Part shown: positions 10,373-20,448 of the stretch, in pieces
How positions within the stretch are numbered: position 1 is the first letter of the stretch
Layout of the letters: the number at the start of each line of letters is the position of its first letter
NCBI GenBank assembly: GCA_048939995.1
Contig: JBHLOY010000001.1
Location: 462,449-526,448 of the forward strand
Length of the DNA: 64,000 bases
Source: Promethearchaeota archaeon
GTDB taxonomy: Archaea > Asgardarchaeota > Lokiarchaeia > Sigyniarchaeales > SOKP01
Reading direction: 5' to 3'
Program-made: the position numbers and the translations under genes
The notes under the pieces: model-generated
Told to the model about the DNA's origin: nothing
Seen by the model: the letters and a program-made list of their open reading frames with translations, nothing else
The model's database searches: none

Positions 10373-11116
10373 CTATTTTCTTAAAATGATTGATCTTCTT
10401 TCCTTCGAGAGCTTTTCACTTCCATATCTAAGAATTAATCGAGTGAATTTATCTTTATTTTTTATTAGATAAGCAAAAATTTGATCAGGATCAATATTTG
10501 AACATGTCTTAATAAGCCAGCCTATACCTTTCTCAATATAATTTTCATTTGAATAAGGGAGCATTTTTTGTACAAGATTATTTAAACATGCCATTTCAAT
10601 TTGTTTTTTTACCATGTAGATTTTAAGTAATGTAACCATTGAGCCCCTTTTTATCCAAAGATTTTTCGAATCAGACCAATCCTTAATCATTTGTTTAGCT
10701 AATTCTTCATTCCCTTTCTTAGCTAGAAATGGACCTAAAACTCTAATACAAGTGCTATCTAACACACTCCAAGTGTGACAATGTTTAGTTAATTCATCAT
10801 AAAACAGTGTTATTATTTTTTCATTGAAGAATTTTTTGAATCGATTTAAGAAAAGAAAACCAGCAAATTTTTCTTCTTCAATATTAGTGCTTATTAGTTC
10901 CTTAAATATTTCAATCGCTTCTGTGAAGGTGATATTAAAATTAGTTGAGACATTTCTTACTATTTTATCGATTATTGCAACCCTAATACCATAAATCTTA
11001 TAGGGTTCAATATCTGGATTTATTACTTTATATAATCTTGATTTTTGTTGATCAGTTAAATCGGGTTTATTATTTTGTATTAGTCTTCTAATCTCTTCAA
11101 TAATTATTTTAGTCAT
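10373..11116 (-). CDS. DNA alkylation repair enzyme (AlkD-like)
   Basis: YGIRV, W.VLD, W..S.NLW.KR and YIEKGIGW motifs. Confidence 0.85.
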   Translation of the reverse strand: MTKIIIEEIRRLIQNNKPDLTDQQKSRLYKVINPDIEPYKIYGIRVAIIDKIVRNVSTNFNITFTEAIEIFKELISTNIEEEKFAGFLFLNRFKKFFNEKIITLFYDELTKHCHTWSVLDSTCIRVLGPFLAKKGNEELAKQMIKDWSDSKNLWIKRGSMVTLLKIYMVKKQIEMACLNNLVQKMLPYSNENYIEKGIGWLIKTCSNIDPDQIFAYLIKNKDKFTRLILRYGSEKLSKERRSIILRK

Positions 11117-11165
11117 ATATAAATCATTAATCTCTTTTTTAATATGGGGCTTAAATGATGTTAGA

Positions 11166-11855
11166 TTAAGTAAAAAAATTAAAAATCATTGGAATGCCAT
11201 AAAATATAAACCAGATTAAAATTCCGATAATTAATAGCCACTTTATTAAAATATCGATATCTTTTCCTTTTTTAAATAGATTTTTCACTACTTGTTTGCC
11301 ATAAAGTTTAATAGTTTTTAATACCGTTATATGATCAAGAGCACTAATGATTGAATCGGCAAAACCAAATGGAAGCATAGAGATAATATTACCTCGTGCA
11401 TATTCGAGCATCCATGCCTCTTCTTTGATGCAATAATGTTTTACAATGCTAGGAGGAAGATATGCCACAGATCCAGGCTTATGGACCTCTTTCTTAAAAT
11501 GCCCAGTATACTCACATAACATTTCTCCTGTAAATATAAAATCGAAAACTTCTGCTTTATATCGACCTGAATGTCCATTAGAACCTATATTTGTCCCAAA
11601 AATTATTAAATATTCTCGAAACGATCCGTGGAGTACAGTCATTTGACCCATTGCCCCTCCAGCAAAATTGAAAACCCAGTTTTGCTTTGTTTCAATGTAC
11701 CCAGGATATTCTTCAGCTAAAGCTTTAATAATAATATCAAATGCCTCTTTTTTAGGATGACCTATCCCCCTCTTTGCAATATCCCACAATTTTCTTGGAT
11801 CAAAAATACAATGCTTCTTTTTATCCAAAAATCGTGTTCTTTTCTTCTTTCTCAT
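11166..11855 (-). CDS. ERG2 / sigma-1 receptor family protein
   Basis: WVFNFAGGAMGQMTVLHGSFREYLIIFGTNIGSNGHSGRY and WMLEYARG. Confidence 0.9.
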   Translation of the reverse strand: MRKKKRTRFLDKKKHCIFDPRKLWDIAKRGIGHPKKEAFDIIIKALAEEYPGYIETKQNWVFNFAGGAMGQMTVLHGSFREYLIIFGTNIGSNGHSGRYKAEVFDFIFTGEMLCEYTGHFKKEVHKPGSVAYLPPSIVKHYCIKEEAWMLEYARGNIISMLPFGFADSIISALDHITVLKTIKLYGKQVVKNLFKKGKDIDILIKWLLIIGILIWFIFYGIPMIFNFFT

Positions 11856-11903
11856 GCTAATCGATTAAATTGAATTAAATTAGAATAATCTATAATCTTT
11901 CAA

Positions 11904-13046
11904 TTAACTAAAAAATCTTTCTAAACCATGATTCTCCTTGATCTTGTCTAAATATGGTTTAACAAATGCAACTACATCTTTTGAGAAATTCTTCAATTCT
12001 GATAATTTTTCTCGCTTATATATGTTAACAATTGATTCCTTTAGATTGTTTAGATTTAAACCCGCCCATTTCATGTTATTATTTTGTTTTCCAGTTTTTA
12101 CACTATCGATATATTCCCTATTTAGCAGAATCTCAGAGAGTCTATAATTCCATTTCCTATAATCACTTGGAATCCAACGTTTAATTCGAACGTCTAAGTC
12201 ATAATCTTGGCATAATTTATATAACTTTAGATGACATTCTCGAGTATAATTAGCAGGCGGGTGCATTCTCCCCTTATATAATTCTAAAATTGGTCTAACA
12301 ACACTACTATACTTGCTTTGTTTTAACTTATCGATGAAGAATTGTGCTTGAGCATCTCTTAAGGTTAATCCTGGAGAAAATAAAATAAATTTAGCACCAG
12401 CTTTTTTAGATTGTTTAATTACATCCTCTAAGTTATCATCATCATCTTCTAAGTATGGGATAATGGGGATAAAGTAAGTGCCAACTTGTATTTCAGGAAC
12501 TTGTTGTTTAATAATGTGGATTGCTTTCAAACGTTCATATGGACTAGAGGAATAAGGTTCTAAAAATTTAGCCAACTCTTCATTTGTTGTAGTGATAGAG
12601 AATCCAATTGTACACCATGTGTCTTTAGCAATTTGCTTTAAGATATCAATGTCTCTTATTATTAGATTTGATTTGGTGGCTATGTTTACAGGAAATTTAT
12701 ATTTTGTCAATATTTCTAGAATTCTTCTGGTGTTTAGAACTTCTTTTTCAGCTGGTTGATATGCATCACATACACCTCCAGGTCCAACAACATCGGGTAG
12801 TAAAGTACGAGCTCTCGTTATCCTATTTTCTAGTTTTTTATCTAGCCCTATTTTTACAATTATTTCACTTTCAAAATCTTGCTCTAAATAATATCTCTGA
12901 CTTCTTGCATCACAATATATACAAGTATGAGCACATCCAGAATAAGGATTGATTGTATATCTTGCCCAAAACCATGAGTCAGGATATTTTAACTTGTTTA
13001 AAGTGGATTTAAACTCTTTATAAGTTATTTTGAATTTATTCGTCAT
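11904..13046 (-). CDS. Radical SAM protein (SplB/Rv2578c-like)
   Basis: INPYSGCAHTCIYCDAR, DAYQPAE and TKS motifs; start probably at MTNKF. Confidence 0.85.
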   Translation of the reverse strand: MTNKFKITYKEFKSTLNKLKYPDSWFWARYTINPYSGCAHTCIYCDARSQRYYLEQDFESEIIVKIGLDKKLENRITRARTLLPDVVGPGGVCDAYQPAEKEVLNTRRILEILTKYKFPVNIATKSNLIIRDIDILKQIAKDTWCTIGFSITTTNEELAKFLEPYSSSPYERLKAIHIIKQQVPEIQVGTYFIPIIPYLEDDDDNLEDVIKQSKKAGAKFILFSPGLTLRDAQAQFFIDKLKQSKYSSVVRPILELYKGRMHPPANYTRECHLKLYKLCQDYDLDVRIKRWIPSDYRKWNYRLSEILLNREYIDSVKTGKQNNNMKWAGLNLNNLKESIVNIYKREKLSELKNFSKDVVAFVKPYLDKIKENHGLERFFS

Positions 13047-13479
13047 TTCATTGTATAAAATTTGATATTGCTGAATAATAAACAAAAAAATTTAAGATTG
13101 TTGCCCAGAAGAAAAAGATTGAATATTAGGAAAAAACGCCCTTTTAATATTAATGAAGAAGTGATTAAAATATGGAAATGGAAAAAAATATTCTGGGGGC
13201 GCTTTTTCGATCTCTACATACAATTATGTAAATTTAACTTTTTGCATTAATTTTTAAAAATATAATTTAATTTTTTAATATTTTAATAATTTTAGGTCTT
13301 TATTTTGCAAGAATTTTTTAAAAAATATTTCGCGATATATTCTTTAAATATCCATATCAATTATATGATTCGGAATTTCGTTAAAGGTCAATTCAGAGTC
13401 TGATTTCAATGTAAATTCATTTGAAATTTACTCATCTTTTCTCCTCTTCTAAATATATAAATACAATATTGTAAGGATA

Positions 13480-13656
13480 TTATGTGTCATAATCTGATTC
13501 GTGGAATTCGTCTCCAATTTCTCCCATTTCCTCATCCTCATCATTTTTCTCATTCCAGTCCCTGTCTTCTTCTTTTGTTTTGGCTTCCTCGCGATTCTTA
13601 CTTATCTCATTCCATTTATCAACTTTAAATTGCTTTTTACCTTTATTTTTTTTCAT
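13480..13656 (-). CDS. Unannotated 58-aa protein with basic N-terminus and acidic C-terminus
   Basis: MKKNKGKKQFKVDKWNEISKNREEAKTKEEDRDWNEKNDEDEEMGEIGDEFHESDYDT*, purine-rich leader. Confidence 0.5.
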   Translation of the reverse strand: MKKNKGKKQFKVDKWNEISKNREEAKTKEEDRDWNEKNDEDEEMGEIGDEFHESDYDT

Positions 13657-14127
13657 AATTGTCTCTCTTAAGTATTTATTCTACTATGCATTTCAAATTT
13701 TAATTTACAATTTTAAGTATGAGTGGTTTAAATTATAAGATTTCTAAAAATTTTAATTACTCTGATCCAAAAATAATTTTAATAGAATACACTTTATAAT
13801 TATCTTAACACATTATAAATGTAATATATCTTTTTCCACTTTCTTTCCTATATTTAGTATCTCCCTCCTCCGTGGTGCCCCCTCCTAATAATAGGAATTA
13901 ATAGAATTTATTAATAACAATTTATCCTTAAAACTGTCTTTATGGTTTAATTTCTATTTTTAAAAATAAATATCATACTTATATATAAGGTTTAACGTGA
14001 AATTAAGGTTTCACGAAATTGTAGAATAAATATGAGCTGTATCGATGATTTCACGATGCATTAATATAAATGCTAATTAAAAAATCGTCTGATTAAATGA
14101 ATCTTAATAAATTTAAAAAAAGTAGAA

Positions 14128-14227
14128 TGCGTCGTCCGGGGATTGAACCCGGGTCACCGGCTTGGAAGGCCGAGATCCTACCATTTTCCTCCATTATATA
14201 CTCTAATCGGATCTAGACCAACGACGC
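14128..14227 (-). tRNA. tRNA-Gly(TCC) with a D-loop intron (~14184-14212)
   Basis: Acceptor GCGTCGT/ACGACGC-A, anticodon arm TCGGC-CTTCCAA-GCCGG, T arm CCGGG-TTCAATC-CCCGG; removing 29 nt gives D arm GTCTAGTGGTAGGAT and a 71-nt tRNA. Confidence 0.92.
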
Positions 14228-14293
14228 ATAGTTAGGATAAATAGTATGATAAAAAAGAAAACATTTCTTATAACTTTACTGCTTTCTTGAACT

Positions 14294-14968
14294 TCATTTA
14301 ATATCATTTACAATTTCATAAAAGCTAATAACTTTACTTACAACGATCCAAGCATCTAAAGAGTATTTGGAAATTGAAATGATTTTTTTGCTTAATTCCA
14401 AGATATTTTCTGAAAACCCTCCTTTTTGGAAACCCCCTATTATTGTTATATAATTTTTAGAGAGATCATCTCGGAATAAATCTAGATGATGTTCTATTAG
14501 ATTGCCTTTACTTGAGAAAATTAAGACTTCTTTCTTTTTAATTGAATCTACCAAATGTGAGATATCTTGTTTAAGTTCTTTTATCAGAAATGTATGATTA
14601 AATTTGATATTCCCATCTATTAATAACTTTGCTATTAAACCTTTAAATCTATTGTAATTGCGAGTAATTCTTATCTCAGGATTGATTTCAAAAATACGAT
14701 TATTTATTGTGTGAAAATAAATTTTTAGTAGTTTGTTTTTGCTTAGTGGAGAACCTAAAGCATTAAGAAGACAATTATGAAGAATATCCGGGCGTCCTCT
14801 CTTCTCAAAATTTCTTAATCTTACCATAGCAGAGTGATGTAAAGAGTTATCTAAAACTTGGGAAGCGTAATTCTTACTTTTGATATTTTTTTTTACAGAA
14901 GGGTGATCTCTTATTTCTTTGGGGATTAATTCCAATCCACAATCCACTAGAATTAAGTTTAGGACCAT
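14294..14968 (-). CDS. nep1: rRNA small subunit pseudouridine methyltransferase Nep1
   Basis: LDNSLHH, RGRPDILH, RNYNRFKGL and IIGGF motifs. Confidence 0.92.
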   Translation of the reverse strand: MVLNLILVDCGLELIPKEIRDHPSVKKNIKSKNYASQVLDNSLHHSAMVRLRNFEKRGRPDILHNCLLNALGSPLSKNKLLKIYFHTINNRIFEINPEIRITRNYNRFKGLIAKLLIDGNIKFNHTFLIKELKQDISHLVDSIKKKEVLIFSSKGNLIEHHLDLFRDDLSKNYITIIGGFQKGGFSENILELSKKIISISKYSLDAWIVVSKVISFYEIVNDIK

Positions 14969-15009
14969 GATATAATTTTAATATGATTTTATTTTAATAT
15001 TAAAGGAAA

Positions 15010-15357
15010 TTAAACAATTTTAGTTAAATTTTTTTTTGTTTTAATATAATAACGCGTTGTTTTATTACACTCTAAACATGTCATGGAGATGTGGGTTGCT
15101 TTCTTAAGAGAGTGTAATCTTATTCGGCAATTTAATCCGGGATAGAGAAAAGTCTTACATTTATGACATATTCTTCTTTTCCAATCTTTTGAGATTTCAA
15201 TTTTTGCTCTTTGAGAATAGCGTCTTGCTAAATATACATATCTATTTGCTAAATCTTTTTGATCTGGAAAAATCTCATGAGCTTTTTTAAGTAAGAAATT
15301 TATTCTTACTTCTGCCAGTTGTTTTACGATTCCTCTATCTTTTCTTTTTTTAACCAT
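15010..15357 (-). CDS. rnp4: Ribonuclease P protein component 4 (Rpp21)
   Basis: A.RYV.LA, KRRICHKC...PG and CLEC...RY motifs. Confidence 0.92.
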   Translation of the reverse strand: MVKKRKDRGIVKQLAEVRINFLLKKAHEIFPDQKDLANRYVYLARRYSQRAKIEISKDWKRRICHKCKTFLYPGLNCRIRLHSLKKATHISMTCLECNKTTRYYIKTKKNLTKIV

Positions 15358-15653
15358 TAAATCCCTTTATGAGAACGCTTCAATTCCTTTTTATTAATTG
15401 CCATTTTTGATAGTATAAATTGTTTACCTCGGATATCCAAAACATATGAGTTTGTTAACCTAGAGATTTCATTTGCTAAATTATTAATATCAGAAGTTCT
15501 TGCAATCGATTTTAAGACTTTAATTTTTATGATTTTATTCTGTTTTATTAATTTAACTACATTTGCTATGAAATCATCTGTAATACCACTTTTTCCCAAA
15601 TTACAATGAGCTCTTGATAATAATACCTTCTTAAATTCTTCTCGGTAATCCAT
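15357..15653 (-). CDS. YhbY/CRM-domain RNA-binding protein
   Basis: LGKSGIT, IIKIKVL and IRGK motifs; syntenic with rnp4 and rps19e. Confidence 0.85.
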   Translation of the reverse strand: MDYREEFKKVLLSRAHCNLGKSGITDDFIANVVKLIKQNKIIKIKVLKSIARTSDINNLANEISRLTNSYVLDIRGKQFILSKMAINKKELKRSHKGI

Positions 15654-15750
15654 TATCCCAAAATCCTTAAAATACCAAAAAATTTTTAATTTATTTAATC
15701 TTTTTACATCTAATAAATAATATTAAAGAAAGATTTAATTAAAGATTAGC

Positions 15751-16170
15751 ATGTCTATATATATCATTGAACCAGCAAAACTCATTAAATCAATCGCCGA
15801 AAAATTAAAGGAATACCCTGAAATTAAACCTCCAGAAGGAAGTCAATTTTGGAAAACAGCATATTTTAAGGAATTAGCTCCAACAGATTCAGAAAATTTC
15901 TGGTATGTTCGATGTGCTTCAATTTTGCGAAAAGTAAGAAAATATGGCCCTATTGGAGTCAATAAACTTAGAAAGTATTATGGCGGGAGAAGTCGGAAAG
16001 GCAGAGGATTGCATCATAGTAAAAGAGGGAGTGGCAAAATTATTAGGGTTGCACTTCAACAATTAGAAAACGCTAATTTAATATTAAGAGAAGAAAAGAC
16101 GGGAAGGATAGTTTCACCAGATGGAATTAGTCTTTTAGAAAGAACTGCCCATAATTTGTTGAGAAAATAA
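15751..16170 (+). CDS. rps19e: 30S ribosomal protein S19e
   Basis: WYVRCASILRK, LRKYYGG and GSGKIIRVALQQLE motifs. Confidence 0.97.
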   Translation: MSIYIIEPAKLIKSIAEKLKEYPEIKPPEGSQFWKTAYFKELAPTDSENFWYVRCASILRKVRKYGPIGVNKLRKYYGGRSRKGRGLHHSKRGSGKIIRVALQQLENANLILREEKTGRIVSPDGISLLERTAHNLLRK

Positions 16171-16198
16171 TTTTTAAAAAATTCTCTAGGGATTATAA

Positions 16199-16540
16199 TT
16201 GAGTGATGAGGAACAATTAAAAAATATTAGAAAAAAAAAATTGGCAGAGTTACAACAACAAGCAATCCAAAATCAGATAGCAGAACAGCAACAAAGAGAA
16301 TATGAAACCAAGAAATATCAACTTATGAGATTAATTTTAAGCCCAGAAGGAAGACAAAGATTAGAAAATATTAGAATGATAAAACCTCAATATGCAGAAC
16401 AAATAGAATTACAATTAATTCAATTGTACCAAGCAGGAAGATTAAAAGGAGCTACACCATTACCAGACAAAGCATTTAAGAAATTATTAGAACAATTATC
16501 CTCCATGGAAAATAAAAAAGAATTTAAAATTAAGAAATAA
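16199..16540 (+). CDS. PDCD5-like DNA-binding protein
   Basis: ILSPEGRQRLENIRMIKPQYAEQIELQLIQL. Confidence 0.92.
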   Translation: MSDEEQLKNIRKKKLAELQQQAIQNQIAEQQQREYETKKYQLMRLILSPEGRQRLENIRMIKPQYAEQIELQLIQLYQAGRLKGATPLPDKAFKKLLEQLSSMENKKEFKIKK

Positions 16541-16557
16541 ATATTTGGTTAAACAAC

Positions 16558-16719
16558 ATGGCAAGAAATAAAGATTTACCTTCAAAATTAAGAAGAGCTA
16601 AAAATTCTAAACAATCGAAATCTGTCCCTAATTGGGTAATAAGGCGTACTAAGGGACGAGTAAGATCTAGTCCATACTCTAGGCGAGAGTGGAGAAACAC
16701 TCGCTTAAAGAGGGATTAA
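16558..16719 (+). CDS. rpl39e: 50S ribosomal protein L39e (missing from ORF track)
   Basis: MARNKDLPSKLRRAKNSKQSKSVPNWVIRRTKGRVRSSPYSRREWRNTRLKRD*, conserved position between PDCD5 and L31e. Confidence 0.95.
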   Translation: MARNKDLPSKLRRAKNSKQSKSVPNWVIRRTKGRVRSSPYSRREWRNTRLKRD

Positions 16720-16746
16720 ACCCAAACTTAAAAAAGAGGATTTTAT

Positions 16747-17202
16747 ATGGCTAAAAAGAAGAGTAAGGAAGTAAGTTTAGATGATTTAGAAGAAGAACTT
16801 ACAGAAGAAACATCTGAAGAACTAGAAGAGATTGAAGAAATAGAAGAGTTCAGTTTAGAAGAAACAGTTGAGGGAGAAGAAATTAGTGAAGTATTTGAAG
16901 AAGCGATAGAAGAAATTGAAGAAGTTGAAGAGGAAGCCCCAAAAGAAGAAATCATCGATGAAAGGATTTATATTATTCCCTTAACAAAAGCAAGAAGAGG
17001 TCCGCGTACAAAATGGGCTAAAAAAAGTGTTAGATTTCTGAGAGAATTTATGGAACGTCATTTCAAACCTGAAGCTTTGATCATTTCACAAGAAGTTAAC
17101 GAAGCTATTTGGAAAAGAGGTATTATGCATCCACCACGAAAACTTAAAGTTCGTGCAACAAAAAATATAGATGGGTTAGTTGTAGTTTACTTAAGCAAGT
17201 AA
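16747..17202 (+). CDS. rpl31e: 50S ribosomal protein L31e with long acidic N-terminal extension
   Basis: ERIYIIPL and VNEAIWKRGIMHPPRKLKV motifs. Confidence 0.93.
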   Translation: MAKKKSKEVSLDDLEEELTEETSEELEEIEEIEEFSLEETVEGEEISEVFEEAIEEIEEVEEEAPKEEIIDERIYIIPLTKARRGPRTKWAKKSVRFLREFMERHFKPEALIISQEVNEAIWKRGIMHPPRKLKVRATKNIDGLVVVYLSK

Positions 17203-17262
17203 AAGTTACTTAGTTTTAAATACCTGTTTTTCTGATTTTTAACTAAAGATTGGATTAATAAA

Positions 17263-18042
17263 ATGTCTAGACCTGAACAACATGGCGCCTATTCACTTAT
17301 AATCTACTACATAATTTTTGTGATATGGAAAGACACTTTTATTTTACCTCCACTTCTCACGTTTTTAATAATTTTTTTTGGAATATTTCCTGATTTTGAT
17401 ACATTATATTGGATTATTAAAAGCCAAAAAGCAAAAAATTCTGGTACAGAATATCAACATCATTTTCATTATTGGACTCACTGGCCCTTAAGTTACGCTC
17501 CTTTAGTTATCGCTTTAGTATTTAGTATTATATTCAATTTTTATATTGAATATTTCCTAGTCCCTATTATAGGTGTTTATATTGGGCACTTTATTTTTGA
17601 TTCAATTTCATCTGGAGATGGAATAATGTGGGGAAAAATTCCTTGGAAAAAAGCAAGATTTGCCCGTTACATTAATTTATTTCGAAGTGTTTCAGATGGT
17701 TATCATGGTCGATACTGGGATGTAAGATATCGAAAAACATTAGTGTGTAAAATAGGTTATGTTGCTGTTATTATTGCAATAATATTAATCTGCTTTTTTC
17801 AAATCTACACCATTTTGGATGGTTGGTATCTTTTTTCAATAATTTTTTTATTTGTTATGTTAATAGTTGGATTAAAAAAGAGTCCTAAGCTTTATTTAGA
17901 AGAACCTCCCGAAGGTCGATATGCCGATTATAGGATTAGTATTGGGTATATAAATGGTTTAAGCGAAAAGAATCGAAATAAACATGTAAAAAAGTATTTT
18001 GATTTGTTAAAATCAAAGGGAATTCTAGCTAAAATTAAATAA
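17263..18042 (+). CDS. Membrane-bound metal-dependent hydrolase (YdjM-like)
   Basis: H..., FPDFD, HH..WTH and GHFIFD motifs with TM helices. Confidence 0.75.
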   Translation: MSRPEQHGAYSLIIYYIIFVIWKDTFILPPLLTFLIIFFGIFPDFDTLYWIIKSQKAKNSGTEYQHHFHYWTHWPLSYAPLVIALVFSIIFNFYIEYFLVPIIGVYIGHFIFDSISSGDGIMWGKIPWKKARFARYINLFRSVSDGYHGRYWDVRYRKTLVCKIGYVAVIIAIILICFFQIYTILDGWYLFSIIFLFVMLIVGLKKSPKLYLEEPPEGRYADYRISIGYINGLSEKNRNKHVKKYFDLLKSKGILAKIK

Positions 18043-18055
18043 AAATTAAAAAAAA

Positions 18056-20302
18056 TTAATATATCGTATGAGTTTCACTCACATTAACTAATCTTGGTAG
18101 TATAATGCTTGAATTGTATTTAGGACCTACAAGTAATGTATTATTGGCAATATTATAATTCAAATAATTATAAGCTAATGGAGCTCCTGTATTTGGGTTA
18201 ATTCCATATCGCGGATAATTAGAACTAGAAATAGCTACACGTATTTTATGTCCTGGTGCAAAATAGTACGCAGTGGACCAGCAATCTATACTTAGTTCAT
18301 AGACATCTAATTGATTTCCTGACATAAACGTTTCAGATGTATAATTATAACGACTTCTTACTGTTAAAGACCCATCCGTAATTAACATAGAACGACCATC
18401 TGGATATACATCTGTTAATTTTATAGTAAAATCTGTATCAGTACAGTTAGAAGTTATCCATAGATGCCCCCATATTCTTCCAACAATTTCCACGGGTTCA
18501 ACTAATTCTTCTGTTTCGAATATTAAAACATCACTTCGCGATTCTATAGGTGTTTGATCCATAGGTCCAGCTAAATCGAACGGTTGATTCTGTCCTCCAA
18601 GATTAGGTACTGGATTTCGAGGATCAAATAAATAAGAAAAGTTGTAATTCACCGAACCCGCAGAAATATTACTTAACCCGCCATCTACATTGAAAAACCA
18701 TTCATCATCTAAATGATCTAAAGGCCAATCATAAGCATATCTCCAATAGTTCCATTTATCGGAAGGCTCAGTAACGGGCCCCATTAAATAATAGGCTACC
18801 CTTGCACTATTCCAGTTTGTTGGAATACCTAAAAGAGCTTCATCAAAAATTTCACGTTCCCAATTAAGAATCATATCGAAACCATTTGAATTTTCAGGAT
18901 AAGTTAATTCCCCTTGCATACCTCCATATATTGAACCATGAGTCCATGGTCCCATAATTAACTTCTGATGTCCATTGGCTCTGGCTTTTCCATAATCATC
19001 ATAACCAACATATCCATCCAATGTGCCTTGAAGAAAGTGATCATACCACCCTCCCACATGAATTCCATAAACAGAAATGTTAGAATAACGAGGACCAATT
19101 GGAATTGATAAAGAAGTCGAATTATACATTGTCTCATTCTTCGGCATAAACTCAAAAATTCTATTTATTTGATACAGCCAATTTTCTGGGGAAGTACTTT
19201 TTATCCATGTTTCAACTGAAGATTTATGATATGATCCTTGGTAAATAGCATGATCAAACAACTCAGGAGTTCCAAACCATAGTTGTTGAGCTAAAAGACC
19301 TTCAGGATCCATTCCAGCATAAAAATATTGATTTATGCAGAGAGCAGAAACTCCAGCACTAGCTATCTTTCCATTACACCATAATTGATTACGTATCCAA
19401 TTTATTGTATCAACACCATCATGATAAGATTCTATAAAGAGTAAAGATCTATCTCCCCCTTCAGAATCATGAGTGCCTCTGAGATCTTGAATAACAATAT
19501 GATAATCCTGAGTCAAATAGAAAGGGAGATATAAATCCTCTGCCCAACCAGACTTACCATATGGTGTTCTTATTAATATTACAGGTCTTGGGGCACCGAA
19601 TGATCCTGGTGCAAAATACACATCTGTGGCTAAATTAGTACCATCTCGCATAGGAATCATATATGTCTGTTTATCTTCCGGTTTATAAATAGCAGTGCCT
19701 AAAATTATTGTTAGAGGGAAAATCATCAGAAAAACCATTCCAAAATAGGTTAAAATTTTGGGCAGGTTTTCAATTTTTCTCTTCTTATACTTACTTATTA
19801 CCGAAGAGAGTGAAAGAGATGAAATTCTCTTACCATAATAGAAATATGCCAATATGCTTAATCCTACAGCTGCTAAAGCGTAATGGTTTGGGGTGCTAAA
19901 AGTATACCAAATAATTCCACTTATAGGGGCTAAAACACTAATTAAAGTTCCTATAACCTTTAATAAGGACAATTTTTTCTTTTCGCCAACCTGTTTGATA
20001 TAAGTTCCCGCTGTCATTAAAGAGTAAAAAGATATAAAAGCTGTAATTGCCAAGTATATCATGCCGAATAATACAATAAGAACTTGTTTTAAACCAAAAT
20101 ATATTACCTCGTTTCTTGAAAACAATTTTTCTCTTTCTAGAAGTTCTGCATCATAGTATTTAAAGTAATTACTGACGTAAGTACAGATATACAGTCCTCG
20201 ACAAATTAATAAGAGAGGTAAGTTAATAGTTATTATTTGTTCTAAAACTAAAACTTCGTATAAGTTAAGAAAATAGAAAATTGCAATTATCCAGTTAATC
20301 AT
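18056..20302 (-). CDS. CocE/NonD family hydrolase with N-terminal membrane domain
   Basis: IPMRDGT.LATD, RTPYGK, QDLRG, GGWYD, GPWTH and SSSNYPRY motifs. Confidence 0.9.
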   Translation of the reverse strand: MINWIIAIFYFLNLYEVLVLEQIITINLPLLLICRGLYICTYVSNYFKYYDAELLEREKLFSRNEVIYFGLKQVLIVLFGMIYLAITAFISFYSLMTAGTYIKQVGEKKKLSLLKVIGTLISVLAPISGIIWYTFSTPNHYALAAVGLSILAYFYYGKRISSLSLSSVISKYKKRKIENLPKILTYFGMVFLMIFPLTIILGTAIYKPEDKQTYMIPMRDGTNLATDVYFAPGSFGAPRPVILIRTPYGKSGWAEDLYLPFYLTQDYHIVIQDLRGTHDSEGGDRSLLFIESYHDGVDTINWIRNQLWCNGKIASAGVSALCINQYFYAGMDPEGLLAQQLWFGTPELFDHAIYQGSYHKSSVETWIKSTSPENWLYQINRIFEFMPKNETMYNSTSLSIPIGPRYSNISVYGIHVGGWYDHFLQGTLDGYVGYDDYGKARANGHQKLIMGPWTHGSIYGGMQGELTYPENSNGFDMILNWEREIFDEALLGIPTNWNSARVAYYLMGPVTEPSDKWNYWRYAYDWPLDHLDDEWFFNVDGGLSNISAGSVNYNFSYLFDPRNPVPNLGGQNQPFDLAGPMDQTPIESRSDVLIFETEELVEPVEIVGRIWGHLWITSNCTDTDFTIKLTDVYPDGRSMLITDGSLTVRSRYNYTSETFMSGNQLDVYELSIDCWSTAYYFAPGHKIRVAISSSNYPRYGINPNTGAPLAYNYLNYNIANNTLLVGPKYNSSIILPRLVNVSETHTIY

Positions 20303-20448
20303 AATTAATTATTGTATTGTTATTCTTTATAAACACTACTCATTAAATATTTTTTTCAAAACTGGAAGTCATTAAAACATAGTTTAAAATCTATGAAAAA
20401 ATATTTATGGTTTGTAAGTTTCTTTTACCAAACAGTAATTTCTTATAG

